The translations under genes and the position numbers were made by a program. A stretch of 64,000 nucleotides of DNA from NCBI RefSeq assembly GCF_009914755.1, contig NC_060926.1; one strand, written 5' to 3'. Below, piece by piece: positions 25,351 through 38,115 of this stretch (positions within the stretch are counted from its first letter, which is position 1; every line of letters starts with the position of its first letter). Below the pieces are notes generated by a model. It was not told the origin of the DNA. It made no database searches and worked only from the letters and a program-made list of their open reading frames with translations. The stretch is from the human T2T-CHM13v2.0 reference genome, Homo sapiens.

Positions 25351-28300
25351 CCAATGCTATTTCTAATAAACTTCCTGGTGGAGTAAGTGGCAAGGTGACA
25401 ACCTCCTTTCTTTTTAAGTAGAAGAAAGAGTTTCTTCTTTGCCTTGCTACCAATAATTAAATGAAAACAATGCTGTGGAAATAGGGACAAAGTGGGATTA
25501 TGCTGTAGATAAGAAATAAATTATAAAGTAGATAAAGTATATTATTTTCAGAGGAAATGAGACCGATTGCTTTTCTCCACTAAGTGCCCTCAGGTATACA
25601 TAGGAAATAGATGTCTCCTAGTCATCTGCTCTTTCTCTTTTCCATAGCATTTTAAAGTAACAGGGAATGGAGATGCCCCATTTAGAGGGTTTCAAACCAT
25701 GTTCCAGGAAGCCCCAGTGGACTTGCAGAGAAGCCCTTCTGAGCTGAGGGCAGGAACTAGGAGGCCTGGACACTACAATGCTTCTGGCTACCTCCCTCCC
25801 AGCATCCAAGAAGAGCTCCCTTTTATGTTCTTTGTACATGGGAGGTCTAGGTAGAGTTTTGTTCAAGAAAAAAAAAAAGTACTTCAAAAAAAACAAATAA
25901 ATTTGAAAGCTACACACCTAATTCAGTCCATTCTTTGAATTACAGTTTGTGAAGCTGAGCCCCAGAAAGGTCAAATTGAGTGAGTTAAGAGTTGGGTGCC
26001 ATCTCCCATCTTTCTGCTAATGTCGATCCCTCCCTTTCCTGGTAACCCAGTCCCATCACCCCAGACTCACCTTTTACAACAACTGGGCCCTCTAATCCCA
26101 CATTCAGCCAATGGCCAAGTTTCCCTGGTTTTGCCAAGGACTTTTTCCTTCAGTTCAACTAAAGCGAGGGATCTGATTGGTCTTTTACCAAGCTGTCGTG
26201 AAGTAAGCTATAGTAATCAGATTATCTGCTACAGTCAGGCTTCAGTATTTAGCAAATATTATTGTCAAGTTCAGGTTATCCAGTGTTCCTTTAAAACAAT
26301 GCCAACTACATTTTTCTAGAAGGCAGACCAGATTTTTAAAAGATCTTCTTTTCCCATTCTTAATACTTCTTAAAAATTAAATATTCGCAAGGAAAGTGAT
26401 TGGGTTCTGTAGGAAGGTGAGTTCCTAAGTGAAGGGGTACAACATCCCTTTGCCTTTTCAGGGCTATGTTACCCCTAGGCAGAGGCAGATGGTACTTAGA
26501 CTACCAGCAAAACAACAATACTTAAGAAGGAGAAAAAGAGCAAGACAGAAAGAGTTTAAAACAATCTGATATTTTACATTTCAAATAAAAACACCTAAGT
26601 AGTACTTATAAGAGGAAAATCAGAACTTGGTGACTTCAGAACTTAGTGTTCTCTTTATTTCCAATTACATCTGGAGCTGTCACTTTATTCCTTTCAGCCT
26701 TGGGCCTTTCTCAGACCTGACCTGGCTCATCCCTCAGCCTTCCCTCCCAGGTATAGGAGAAAATGCTCTAACAGTCCAAGCCTGGATTTTGCTATCTCTC
26801 TTCGGGTGATGAATTTGCCCCAGGTGAAAGGTATTCACAAAATAGTTGCAGAATGAAGTCTTTTGTCAACTCACCCAGCGGGCTCAGTAGCTCAAACAGG
26901 GTCAATTTCCCCTCTGTACATGGAGATTGGCCTTAAGGGTTTTGCCCTTGAGTTCAACTCTCCTTTGGCTTAGCTTGACTCCTCTGAAACAGAACAGCAA
27001 CCATGTATAAAGTTCATTGTGGAACACAATAAAGACCTACAAAGTAATGGATGGTATAGCTCTTCAGAAGAAATTTTAGCTAATTTCTATTGGGACATGT
27101 TTGTATTTAGGAAATGATGTGTCCCCAACCCTAGAAAGGAAAGATCAGTTATCAAGAGGAGAAGTAGAATGATTAAGTGTGTTTTCTTTACAATTTTTAC
27201 TGATATGTTTCAAGAATTCTGTTCTCTCCAAGAAAAATAAAAACAGAAATTCTAGTATTTATCTTTGTGGATATATGTTTGTGCAAATGATGTGTGATAT
27301 TTTATGAGAAGGTGTGAACGTATGTATAGGACTAAAGTGTGAATTACTGATATGTATATGTACTTGAAGTATGTTCAATATCTATGTTTGTGTGTGTTTC
27401 TGGGTGTGAATGCAAGCCAAACAAGAATGTGAATTTATAAATTTGTAAGTATTGAAAAGGTTACCAACACACAACTGAAGCAGATGTTCTAATGAGTTCT
27501 CTGATACTTCAATAACTGCCCTGATTTTCTCCAGGTAAAGAAAGGATAGAAAAAAAGCAATGGATGACTCCTTTTTCTTTTGGTTTAACAGCAGACAGTA
27601 CAGACTATCAGCTATGGGATATATATATAGTTTAATTTTTTTGTGTGGTGGTGGTGAAGAAATGATCACTTCTGCTGTAGATGAGAAATTAAACCTTCCT
27701 GCGAAGAAGTTTCCTGTCTTTATTGCTGATCTGTGTGCCTGGTCTAATTACTAAAAGTTTAAACCTGGGGTGTGGGGAATTGAGGGAGAAAAGTTCCCCT
27801 TTCAAGAGTAATTGGAGAGAAGTAGAGGAAGGGATGGGGAAAGGAGGGAGACAGTGTGGGTAGGGAGAGTGGAGAGTATGTGGAAACCATAACAGTTACT
27901 AAACAGGAGCTCAGCTCAGGTTTCCTCTGACGAATTCCAAGGCAAAAAAGTGTGGTTTGGGGTGAGTTGGTGGCAGGGCTGCAGTTTTCTGCAAAATATC
28001 TGGCAGAGGAGCTGGACCCGGTAGAAAATTCCCCCTTCTGCTAGTTGAGTAAGAGCAGCTGGTGATCTATGTCCTCACACCTCTGCCTTCTCAGAGGACC
28101 ACTCCACCCTATTTCATGTGCATAAGCCAGGACCAACGGGCCTCAATTTGGCTGGCTAGATGACATTAGGTTCCCAGCATGGGTGAGTGGTGTGGGCACC
28201 TGGAAAGCCTATGGGTATTGGCTGCAGAGGAACTGGGCCTCATGGCTGGCCTCATGTGGTCTGGGTGGGAGGGATGAGCTCATTGTCTTCATGGGCTGGG

Positions 28301-29653
28301 GTGGGTGCAGGGTCATTAGGTAAGAAGATGATGTGCTGTGTACCAGCCTGAGGAAATGGCTGCTTTTGTTTTCCACCCAGTAGGAAATGGACCTGAATTC
28401 ATTCCATTCTGGGCAGTTCAATACGGCACAGTTTGAGCTCGTGGAGGCTTGATGCCGAAAAGGCTACTTGTGTGGATTTGTGTCCCAACCACCCGTGTGC
28501 AGCGTGCCCATCTTTTATGCATTTAAAGCCTGTCAGGCCGGTAGTCTAAAGCAGAGGTCTGGGAGATAGTAATGCCAACAGACATGGGGAATAGTAAAGT
28601 GCACCTGTAGAGTTAAAAAATGCATGACCTGTTCCCTCAAAGAGTGAACACAGGAGAAAGACCCATCCTGGAGGGCGGCTGCTGAGTCGTAATACATAAT
28701 TCACGGGCCCATGCTGCTCCATGCAGATGGCGATATTAAATCGTGATTGATGCTAAGAGACACACACATCTCAGGAAGGTCTCCGAGAGGCTTCTGAATA
28801 TTTCCATGTCTCATGTGCCTTCCCAGCTTCTGTTCTACTGTGGTATTTAAGCAAAACTCCCTATTTCCCAAGAATCCCTGCTGGGGATTGCAGAACTTTA
28901 CTCCCGAATAGATGAGATTCCTCAAATGTCATCACCCACCTTTGGAGCCTTTGAAGGTGGCTCCCTTCCCTCCCAGGCCACATGAAGCTGTCTGCCTCCA
29001 GCCAGGCACTGCAGGTACAGGGAGCCAGCCCTTCCTGCAAACGGCTAGTTATGGCTGGACAAAGCAGCAGCACACTCTGGTGGTGGTGACCAGGCAGGAG
29101 GGACAGTGGGCAGACAGCGCAGAAGAAACAGATGTTCATTCAACACAAAGCACCTTTGTCGAAATTCCAAGGCTAGAGCCAGTAGATTCTCTAATACAGA
29201 TTTTTCCATTCGGTGTATAATGAAATAATAAATCAAATTTGTGGTATATATGGAATTAAATGTTTGGGGGGTTTGCATTTTTTTTCTTAAAAAAAAATTT
29301 AAAAAGGCTGCAATCACCCTCCAGGGCCTGTTCTGGCCCAAAGCTGAAAGTGCTTCCTCTGCACCACATGTAATTGTTACCAGGCTCGCTTGTGGGTCGG
29401 CACCACAAAACCACCATTGTCAGTTCCCAGAGCCCTGACTGCTGGCTGCCTGGGCTGGGCTGGGAGACACCGAATAAAATGAAGGATTTATGAGATAAAG
29501 ATAGAGATAGGAGGTTGAATGAGGAGAGGAAGATGGGCCAAGGAGGGGAGGCAGGAAAGGCAGGGAGGCATGTTGAGTTTGCAGTCCTCTTGTTTTTTTA
29601 ATCACAGACCATGTAATTGAGAATATTTATGGCCATGTTCTGGAATACTTTCA

Positions 29654-29655
<2 letters not shown>

Positions 29656-29684
<29 letters not shown>
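29656..29684 (+). repeat. (TG)n microsatellite
   Basis: About 14 TG units. Confidence 0.95.
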
Positions 29685-29686
<2 letters not shown>

Positions 29687-29882
29687 TTGGGTGGGTAGGG
29701 GGAGGGATGAGCCGGAATAATCTCTTCCACCGAATGAGTAAGTAGGTTAGTCTTCTGGACTGCCATAAAAGGTCTGTAAAATAGTTTTAATCAGACACTG
29801 GTACAGAAGAGAAGGAGGGAGTGTGGGGGGAAGAAAGTTGTAACATATTTGAAGTTCTTTGGGTTGTTGATTTCTCTTTCAG

Positions 29883-30060
29883 ACCCACCGTGCGGAGGTC
29901 GTTTGAATTCCAAAGATGCTGGCTATATCACCTCTCCCGGTTACCCCCAGGACTACCCCTCCCACCAGAACTGCGAGTGGATTGTTTACGCCCCCGAACC
30001 CAACCAGAAGATTGTCCTCAACTTCAACCCTCACTTTGAAATCGAGAAGCACGACTGCAA
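29883..30060 (+). CDS. NRP2: NRP2 exon 2 (first half of CUB a1, DPPCGGRLNSKDAGYITSPGYPQDYPSHQNCEW...KHDCK)
   Basis: Acceptor tttctctttcag|, donor CAA|gtaagc; CUB motif SPGYP..YP....C.W; 178 nt. Confidence 0.98.
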
Positions 30061-30639
30061 GTAAGCACCGTCCTGTCCCACTGTGTATCCCATCCATGAG
30101 ATGCACACGCCCTGCCCCCACCCCTGCTCTTGTCACTTCTATCACCCCTCACCCCAAGACCTGCTGCTAACCAGTGGTGGATCCTGGCCCCAGAGGAAAA
30201 CCTCAAGGGGCATTCCCTTTCCAGGGAAATAAAGGTGTGGCTGATCCCACAGTATGGTGGAAAGAGCCTTCTTGAGTGAAAAGTAGAGAATATTAACCTA
30301 CCTCCAAAGGCCGGTAGTGGAGGAGAATTTCCATGTGGTGGCAGGGGCTGGACTACAAAACTCTACTCTTGACTTTGGGTTACCTTGCACTTGGAGATCT
30401 CCCCATTTCCACAGCTGCTACATGTATAAACCCCACCCACTTCCTTAATAAGATAGTAGCTGTATCCCCAAGTGGAGACTTCCCTCGCATCCAGCCACGC
30501 AGGATCAGCCTGTTACCTTATATAGCGGTAACTGGTTTTCTTATAGAAAAAAAAAAAGGGTAAAAAAAAAAAAATCTAAGTAGTTCTAAGATTCACATTG
30601 GTTCTTGATAGCTGTGCTACACAAGTAGAGTCTCAAAGT

Positions 30640-30830
30640 CAGTGTCATGGATTTATTTAACAAACACTCTTCTAATTGCATTACAAATATTAATCCATTT
30701 ACTTTGCACAGTGGGCCCTGGGAAGTTAGTGCCATTATGATCTCCATTTTGCAAAAGAGAGAAAACCGAAGCACAGAGAGGTTAGGTCAGTCACCCAAGG
30801 TGACTCAGCTGGTCTTACAACATTGGTTCT
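30640..30830 (-). mobile_element. MIR
   Basis: ccattttgca...gaaaaccgaagcacagagaggtt...cccaaggtgactcagct. Confidence 0.65.
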
Positions 30831-33557
30831 GCCACCCTGGAAATGTGTGGCTTAGGAACTCCCAAGTGGACATTTAGACACTTGGGAGTACTTTAGAAAT
30901 GCCATGTTACTACCGAGGTCCCTAAAAGTTAAGGTTGGGAAGCAGGCAGCATGTCTAGAATGCAGATGTGCTTTAAGCTGTCTACTGAGCTCCATCTTAA
31001 AGTCTTTTCTCATTGGAAATAAAGTGAGAGTTTTTGTGCAGAAAAGAATGTGCCAACAGTCATATTCTGCCCCAAATGAGCGCCTACGGAATGCTGTTAC
31101 TCTGATAAGTATTCAGTGCTCCCATGTGATTCATAAATTGTCTAAGCATTCCTTGCTATTAAGCAAGGAATTGCAAATACTGAAAAATTAATAAGGGGGC
31201 CAGCTGGCAGGACAGGTACCAAGGAGAAGGCAAAACTCCTACAGGCCAGGTCTGGGCCAGCACTTCCTCATGGAGGAAACAAGGCCCCTCTTTAACTAGT
31301 GCTAGACTGTGAGGCTCAGTGAATTGATGTCATTATTATCCCCCTAGGGCTAATTTGCACCTACATAATGGTTTTCTCCTAACAAGAGGTAGCCTTTGTT
31401 GAAAACCAAAGGGTTTCCCGGATGAATGCCTCATGTGACGAAGAGTCATAAGATGAAGTTTCTAATCCCAGATCCACTCTTGACTCAACGGATGACATAG
31501 GGAAACTCATCAGTTCCTCTTTGTCTAAGTTACATGAGTACCCTGGATACATTTGCTCAGCATCCCAAGGCTTCTGATTCCCTGACAGTGAACTTTATCA
31601 AAGATTTCTGTTAGAAGAGCTTCTTTATAAGGTGTTTTGGGCTCTGATTCCTCTGGCTGGACTGCAGAAGGTTGGCACAAATGGAAGCATAATGTACAGA
31701 GAGAGCCTGGGTCTAAGCTCAGAGAAATTTGACTAAGCACCTTTCTCTACTAAGGGCCAAATTCTGTTATGCTTATGACAGCAAATCTCCCAAGGAAATT
31801 GCCAAGAGGTCATCCTATGTTGTATTCATAGTGGCAGAGGGAGAAAGCATGGCTTTTGGAAGGAAAAACTTAGGAGCTAGTAAGCATGGCTTAAAACATG
31901 TTGGGAAGGACGAAAGGCCAGAAAGGCCCTGCTTTGGGTTGCAGGGTACCCCTTCCATGGACAGGACTCAGTCCCAGAGATGGGGAGAACTGAAGGTTGC
32001 CAGAGACTCTGACAAGGGGAAGAAGAAGGCATTGCCCCTTGCTGGAGGTGGAGTAGGGGAAGCCAGCAATTTACAGGGTTATCTTCTGGCTTATCATCCT
32101 CGCTAAATCACTTCCTGTTTTTCTCCCCATTCCATGACCTCATGTGTCTGGTTTGAACCTAAAAAGTGAAGGAGGTCAGAAAAAAATCTTTCTGGGGTCT
32201 GTTTCTCCCAGTGCCAAACTGTCAGAGAGGCTCTGTTGGGATTAAGCCTCATCCACTTAACCTTGTCATTAATTCTCTGTTCCTCCCCCCATTTCTCCCC
32301 CACTCCCCATTTCTCTCTCTTTCTCTCTCTCATTAATTTTTGTATTTAGAAAGACTCATCTGGTTTTCTCAGCCTCTCACTCTTCAAGGTATTTTTGACA
32401 TTTCCCCTGGCCATTTGCATTTGCCATAAATGGGCTTCCCCTCCCCACTGCCTTGTTTTACTTTCTTGTGAAAGGAACAATTAATCTAATTGAAGTCCTG
32501 GAAGTTCTGTCTTGTTCCGGCTCTCCCTCTCTCTTCCATACTGCATTTTCGTTCCAAGGGAGCTCCTGGGTTTGGAAAGCACTCACTCTCCAAGGAAATT
32601 AGCCTGCTTTCTCCTTTTATTTTGGGTGCATGCTTCAAATTGGATTTGGCTCTGCAGGCCCATAAGGTGGATACTTCCCAAAAGAAAACTGCCTGGGCTG
32701 GTCTTCCGATCACAGAGCACAGCAGCAATGCCCCAGCAAAAAGGGGAACTGAGCAAGAAAGTCAGGAGAAGCAGCCAACTCAGCTGTGGAGACAGAGCAG
32801 TGGTCAGCACACCCAACCTCGTGTTTGCCCGGGTTCTTCCTACGTGCAGGGTTAACTGCAAAGATTGCCCCAAAGCCTGGAAACAGGGCCCTGATATGAA
32901 AGAATTTATCCTGGGCTGTGGCCCCTGGGCCCTTGGCTCCCTGTATACCTTGAACTCTACATCCCAAAGGTTGAGACGGTTGCTGAGTAAACCCCAGATA
33001 GACCTTTTCCCCTAACCGTTGCTTATTAACTTTGTTCCATTGAAGCTTGCTGTCTGCTTGGAAAATTTCACTCACAAGCCGCAGCTTTGCCTGACTCAGT
33101 GCAATCCAAGGCCATCATCTCTGGTGAACTTCCCTTGACTCCTCCCTCCAGCCACTTGCAGAAATGCAAATCCTGGGCACCCACAGGCTGTTTGGGGGCC
33201 TGTATAGAAGCTGTGGGCAGAAACCAGAGGCCATGTGGTACTGCTGGACTCCTGCAGCCAAAGGACAAAAGGGCGAGACTACGGGCCGTCTGGGCAAACA
33301 GAGAGAAGCCACTTTATTCCCTGTGGAGTGGAGGATGCTAGGATGTTGCTGCTCCGGCAGACAGAGGCCTTTCGCTTGAGTCATCAGCCAACAGACTGAA
33401 TGTTATGGTTTTAGAAACCCATACACAAAGTTGAGTGGTTTTTTCCATTTCTAAAATTTAAAATGTATGTATTTTTAAAACACCCACCTGCATGTAATAC
33501 ACAGCTTGTTCAGGAGTTCTCAAACAGCCCCAGCACCCACCCCATCCCAGAGGCTCA

Positions 33558-33929
<372 letters not shown>

Positions 33930-35639
33930 TCAGAAAGAGCAAAACCCACTAGCAAGAAATGAAAGAACATTTCTTAGGCTAAAATCCTCAAGGAAGTCTA
34001 CATAAATGATTGTATGTGCTATGTTCAGCCCAGCAATGTCTCATATACCACGTATCATTGAAGAATGACATTCCATTTAGGTGAAGTGTCCAGATACTGA
34101 AATATCCACCTTTAAAGTTCTTAAAAGAGAACTTTAAAGAGTTCCAAGAGTTCTTTTTTAAAGGATTTCTGATAAAGAACATTCTAAATCATGTGCTGCA
34201 CTTCCCTGTCTTTTTAAAACCTACATTGAGAGGAGTCAACTTTTTCTCAATGATTCAGGCTTTTAATTCTAAGCTTCACTTTTGTGACAGCAGCCAGTAT
34301 TGCCATAATTGGAACAGGCAGATTAAGATTTGAATTTTTATTGACCTTTTAAACTTCCCAGGCCTCAGTTTCCTCATCTGCAAAGCTGTCATAATAATAA
34401 ATATCTTGCAAGATTGCTCTGCCTTTTTATGTAGATGCCCAATAAGTTAGCAACTGTGTTAGCATCATTGGACTTTGTCAGGGGACAGTTTGGGACTATT
34501 TTCTATCAATCCTCCTGCTTTCACACATCCTGTTACGAGTATGCCTGTCTCCTGTAGCCTTCCCATTCTGACTTGTTTTTGCTTTTTTATGGGGTTATCA
34601 ATTTTGCTTCAGGAGCCCTTGCTGTCTCTTGGGAAGTTTGAGTTCTGGGACCTAAGCTTTGCTCAAGCCAGTGCAATCCCAAGGCCAGCATTTCCAGTTG
34701 GCTTCAGCCAGCCAAGCTTGCAGCAGAGTTAGGACTGGGGAGTGATCCCCAAGTGACAAAGCGTAAGAGCAACAGAGGATGGAGTTCTCAACATCAGTGT
34801 AGCTGCTCACAATCTTTTTTTCTGAACTCCCCCACACCGTTATATTCTGCATATTTAAGGTTTTGGATATTTGCCTCTAAGTGTCCTAGATAAACAAGGT
34901 GCTCTTGTGTTTATTTACAGCCAGAGGGGCCCTCTATATCTTAGAAGATATGTCTGTTTCTCCCAAAGTAAGAGATGATATCTTAGAAAGGTAGCAGTTT
35001 CCCAGTTGATAACCTGATCATAGTAAACAGAGAGATCAGACCAGACCTTAGTCATCTGGCCCCTCCCCATTCAGCCAGCAGTGTTTCCCTGTGCTCAGTA
35101 AACACCCTCGATTCCCTGCAAACAACCAAGCATAGTCTTGCATCTGCATGAGCCCCCTGAGTTCCCAGGGCTCCAGCCCTCCTTTCCCTCCCTCCACAGT
35201 GTCCAGCTGCAAGCTCCCATCTTCCTCCCCTGAGTTTCCTTGCTTCCTGCAGTTCCCTTTTATCACCCTTTCCTCTGAACTCCCAGAGCACTTGATGTTG
35301 CCTGAGTCCCTTGCTTTTTGTTCATATGTGGTCATCTTGAGTTCTCAGCAAGTAAATTCTACAAGGGCACAAAGCATGTACTTCATATCTAAACTCCCAT
35401 GGCGCCTAGTCTAGGAGGGTGCTAGGCAGGTGTGTGCAGGTGATTTCGTGATATTTTTTACATTGGAAATGCCAGGCAATAGGTCAGCATGAGCTGAATC
35501 TGTGTTGGAAGGCAGACAGATCTGTGTTCCCTATTTGTCCCTCTGGGAATATGACATAATCTTAGGGGGTAGGACACAGGCCAAGAATGTCACTAACTGA
35601 TTTGGGACATGAGTCTCTCACCAACAAAATGGTAATAGA

Positions 35640-35880
35640 CCATTCATTCATTCATCAGGAAATAGCTATTAAACACCTACTATGTGCTAAGCACGTTGGT
35701 ATTATTGGGAATACAGTGATGAATAAATCATATTCTTTTCCCTAAAGTCACTGTTACTCTTTCCATTTTACAGATGAAGAAACTTGGGCTCAAAGAAGTT
35801 AAGCAACTGGCCCAAGGTTCTACTCCCATAAGTGGCAGAGAAGGGTTTTGAAGCCAGATACCCTAGTTTTCAATCTCTGC
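35640..35880 (-). mobile_element. L2 3'-end fragment followed by MIR
   Basis: cattcattcattca...cacctactatgtgc (L2 tail); ccattttacagatgaagaaact (MIR). Confidence 0.65.
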
Positions 35881-37944
35881 TTTACTCTTGTGCTGTCTGC
35901 CTCCCCGGCATCATGCATTTGGCAGGGGACATGATATGGACCTGTTACGTGGGCCCACAGCATCCAGGTCCAGCCTAAGCTGGGAAGATCAAGGAAGGCT
36001 CCCTGGAGGAGGTGACGCCTATACGAATTCTAAAGAATTTGGCCAGGCAGCAGGGAGTGTGTTTGGCTGGTGTCATAGGCAGACAGCAGCATGCCCAAAG
36101 ACAAGAAGGAGGGAGGGTTTGATGCCTTCAGGAACCAAAATAATTGAACATGCCTGAACCCAATTTCTTAACCAGTGAGCATTGTAAGGGTAGACTAAAA
36201 GGGGCTGTCCTTGTGACTTGCTGACACAAACCCTTTTCCCGGTGAAGAGGTGCCTGAGCAATACTATTTAATTGTATTTCCTGGCCAGACAACTTCCACC
36301 ATCTCCTTAGGAGACAGGGTGGTCAGGAAGCAGGAAAGACTAAGATGATGGGGACTCTCTGCTGTCCCCACCTTCCCTGTCCATTGTAGGGTCTCTGCAG
36401 CCTCATACCCTATGTCCAGCGACCTCCCCCACCCCGCCGCCAGTGGAATGCCTGAAAGTGGGGTTTGGCCTGGGAAAGTCCAGGTAACACTTCAGATTAA
36501 GCTCCTCTTGTCAATTTCCTGCTACACAAGACTTTCTGAATCCAAGTCTCTTTCCTATGAATAGAGGGCGGGAGGCCAGATTGCCCAGTTGGAGGTGTGG
36601 CTTCAGCTGGTCTCCGTTGAAGTCTGAAAAGCCAACAAAGCATAGTGAGAATTCTGTGTGGTTCAAGAGGGTGCCTTGTGCTTGTTGAGGAGAGGCCGTT
36701 GGCTTGATCACTCACGACACTATTACTGACGTTATTATTTACTGCCTGCCCAACCACAGAAATATTCTGATTCCCCTAAGGAGCCAGTGAGCAGTAATAA
36801 TTTTCTGTATTGCAACAATCCTCCTAATGACAGAAACAGATCCACCTCCAGGTACGTGGTGGACGAATGGGAGCAGCTGGCTGCTGGCCCCACACTTACC
36901 AACCTTGACCACAGGGTCCACCCAGCAACTCCACCTCACCCATGGATCGGGGGGAAAAACAACTCACAGACTGTTCTCCTCTTACCAAGGTTAAAACGCA
37001 GCTGGAATTACTTTGGGCAGTTTGTTTTTAAAAATGAGTGTTGCAATTGTAACTGTCTCAATGCAAGCTTCGCTGTAGATGCCCTTCTTAACAATATGCT
37101 TTATCTTCTGACTGAGAAAATCACTTGAGATGTTATCATGCACAATCCCACTTGTTCTGCCTCTCCACCCTGGCACCTTCTCCGAACCCAGAGATCCCAG
37201 AGGGCCAGCATCTCACCCCATGTAACTCCATGTAATTCTCCCATCTAATTACACCGGCTGAGAGTCTGTCTTAAGAAATTCAGTGGGAGCTCCAGGTGTG
37301 GAGGGGATAAAGAAGAGATGGAAATATACCAAGTGAAAACATCAGATTTTTCTAAAAAGGGATTTGTGTATTTTCCTGGAGTCATGAGTCCTATAGAAAA
37401 AAATTTATATTCTTTTTGTTTTGTCCTTTTTACTGGCAAGGGATTTAAGCCTTTGGATTAAGAGAAACTCAAAAGATAATTTAATTCCATTCTTATACTT
37501 CTGCCTGGATAAATAATTCCAGAAAAAAAAAAAAAAAGATATCAGCTGCCCTTGTCTTTCCTTCCAGAAAAGAGCTTCTGTAATCGTCCTTCATTATGGG
37601 ACATCGTGCCTCACAACTCATCTCAGTTGATTGCAGAGTAGATGGTTGTATTTAATTTACATAATCAAAATTTTTTTCCTAGAAGGAGAATCCCTGAAAA
37701 ATGTTAGCTGGGTCAAAATAAAATTTTCTAAAAAGAAGAAGGAAAAGGAAAAGGAGAAAGAAATGTGAGTTGGGCTTAGGTTTGGGAGGGCAGCAGAAAA
37801 GCATGACTTTTTTTATGCCTCTTTTCGAGCTTTGTAGCCAAGCATCTTGGCAGTCTCTAATATTTTTCTACTTTTTCCCACTGGGGACTCAACTGTATGT
37901 TTGTGGGTCATGTGGAGGAACTCTCAAAATTAGACAACAATAGC

Positions 37945-38115
37945 AAACATTTATTGAACTCTTGCCAGACATCAGGTCCTACCCTAAGTTTTCTATGTTT
38001 AACCGCCACAGCTGGTACTGGTACTACTATTATCCCATTTAACAGATGGAGATACTGAGGCCCTGAGAGATCACACAGATAGTAATCGTGGGGCTGGGTT
38101 TGAAGCCAGGCAGCC
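37945..38115 (-). mobile_element. MIR
   Basis: tatcccatttaacagatggagatactgagg...gggtttgaagccagg. Confidence 0.6.
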
